Shown piece by piece: positions 63,796-64,000 of a stretch of DNA of 64,000 nucleotides. Within the stretch, counting starts at the first letter, position 1. Every line of letters starts with the position of its first letter. Under the pieces are notes generated by a model. It did not search any database. It was not told where the DNA came from and saw only the letters and a list, made by a program, of their open reading frames with translations. The position numbers were made by a program, and so were the translations under genes. This DNA is from Candidatus Choladousia intestinavium (GTDB taxonomy: Bacteria; Bacillota; Clostridia; Lachnospirales; Lachnospiraceae), in NCBI GenBank assembly GCA_018712785.1, contig DVGK01000112.1:399-64398 (forward strand), in the 5' to 3' direction.

Positions 63796-64000
63796 AAAAG
63801 AAAAAGCTGTTAGTAACAGGCTCTACCTTCCCACGCTGGGAAGGAGATACAGAACCAAGATTTGTTCTGGATCTGTCGGAAGCCCTGACGGAATATTTCG
63901 ATGTAACAGCTTTGGTGCCGGCTGCGCCGGGGGCAAAAACAAAAGAAGTTATGAATGGCGTAAAGATAATTCGCTATCACTATTTTCCCATTCATAAATG
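63777..64000 (+). CDS. Family-4 (GT-B) glycosyltransferase, N-terminal part (runs off window)
   Basis: Open frame MGGDSIKKKKLLVTGSTFPRWEGDTEPRFVLDLSEAL...VKIIRYHYFP is typical of a GT4 N-terminal domain. It overlaps the preceding stop by 19 nt and is absent from the ORF track because it has no stop in the window. Confidence 0.6.
   Translation, partial: MGGDSIKKKKLLVTGSTFPRWEGDTEPRFVLDLSEALTEYFDVTALVPAAPGAKTKEVMNGVKIIRYHYFPIHK

Noticed and set aside
63810-63995. 61-aa minus-strand ORF at the window end.
   Set aside because: It is antisense to an open plus-strand frame with a clear GT4-type N-terminus that is translationally coupled to the preceding gene.

Overview
This 64-kb chromosomal window appears to come from a spore-forming Firmicute. 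It looks Clostridia/Lachnospiraceae-like from gene content (spoVT, gene order, about 50% GC), but the taxon is an inference. All product calls rest on my own recognition of conserved motifs in the supplied translations, with no database search, and several start codons were re-picked from Shine-Dalgarno context.

Layout:
- 1-11.6 kb: the tail of the S10-spc-alpha ribosomal superoperon (rpsQ' to rplQ, including secY, adk, map, infA, rpoA). It carries one odd 220-bp repeat-bearing insert between rpsH and rplF, and a long rpmJ-rpsM spacer.
- 11.7-28.4 kb: a DUF368 membrane protein, then a minus-strand operon (dat-pxpB-pxpC-DUF1445-pxpA-DUF4392-asnC). After that come a PucR regulator, an omega-type aminotransferase, a Liv-type ABC importer, and sugar isomerase/epimerase genes.
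- 28.4-32.8 kb: a decayed accessory patch. It holds a low-GC kinase-fold gene, an ABC-exporter pseudogene, an orphan MerR, tRNA-Thr with a truncated integrase, an unlisted 27-codon hydrophobic peptide gene and a transposase scrap.
- 32.8-45.6 kb: housekeeping genes (CNNM, spoVT, pncB, thioesterase, cvfB, ridA, dnaE, pfkA, a TrmH-like gene). It also contains tRNA-Gln carrying a roughly 1-kb integrase-less mini-island, flanked by a 55-nt tRNA-derived direct repeat, that encodes a PIN-domain gene pair.
- 45.6-64 kb: a cell-envelope glycosylation region. It has two GtrB-like GT2 genes, three very large GT-C/YfhO-like membrane proteins (one of 1326 aa), ugd, a polysaccharide deacetylase, a SleB-type hydrolase and the start of a GT4 gene.

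Best candidates for something undescribed:
- the D-glutamate-cyclase/5-oxoprolinase/D-transaminase operon
- the ugd-GT2-giant GT-C fusion module
- the tRNA-Gln mini-island
- the repeat insert inside the spc operon

No rRNA genes and no CRISPR arrays were seen.
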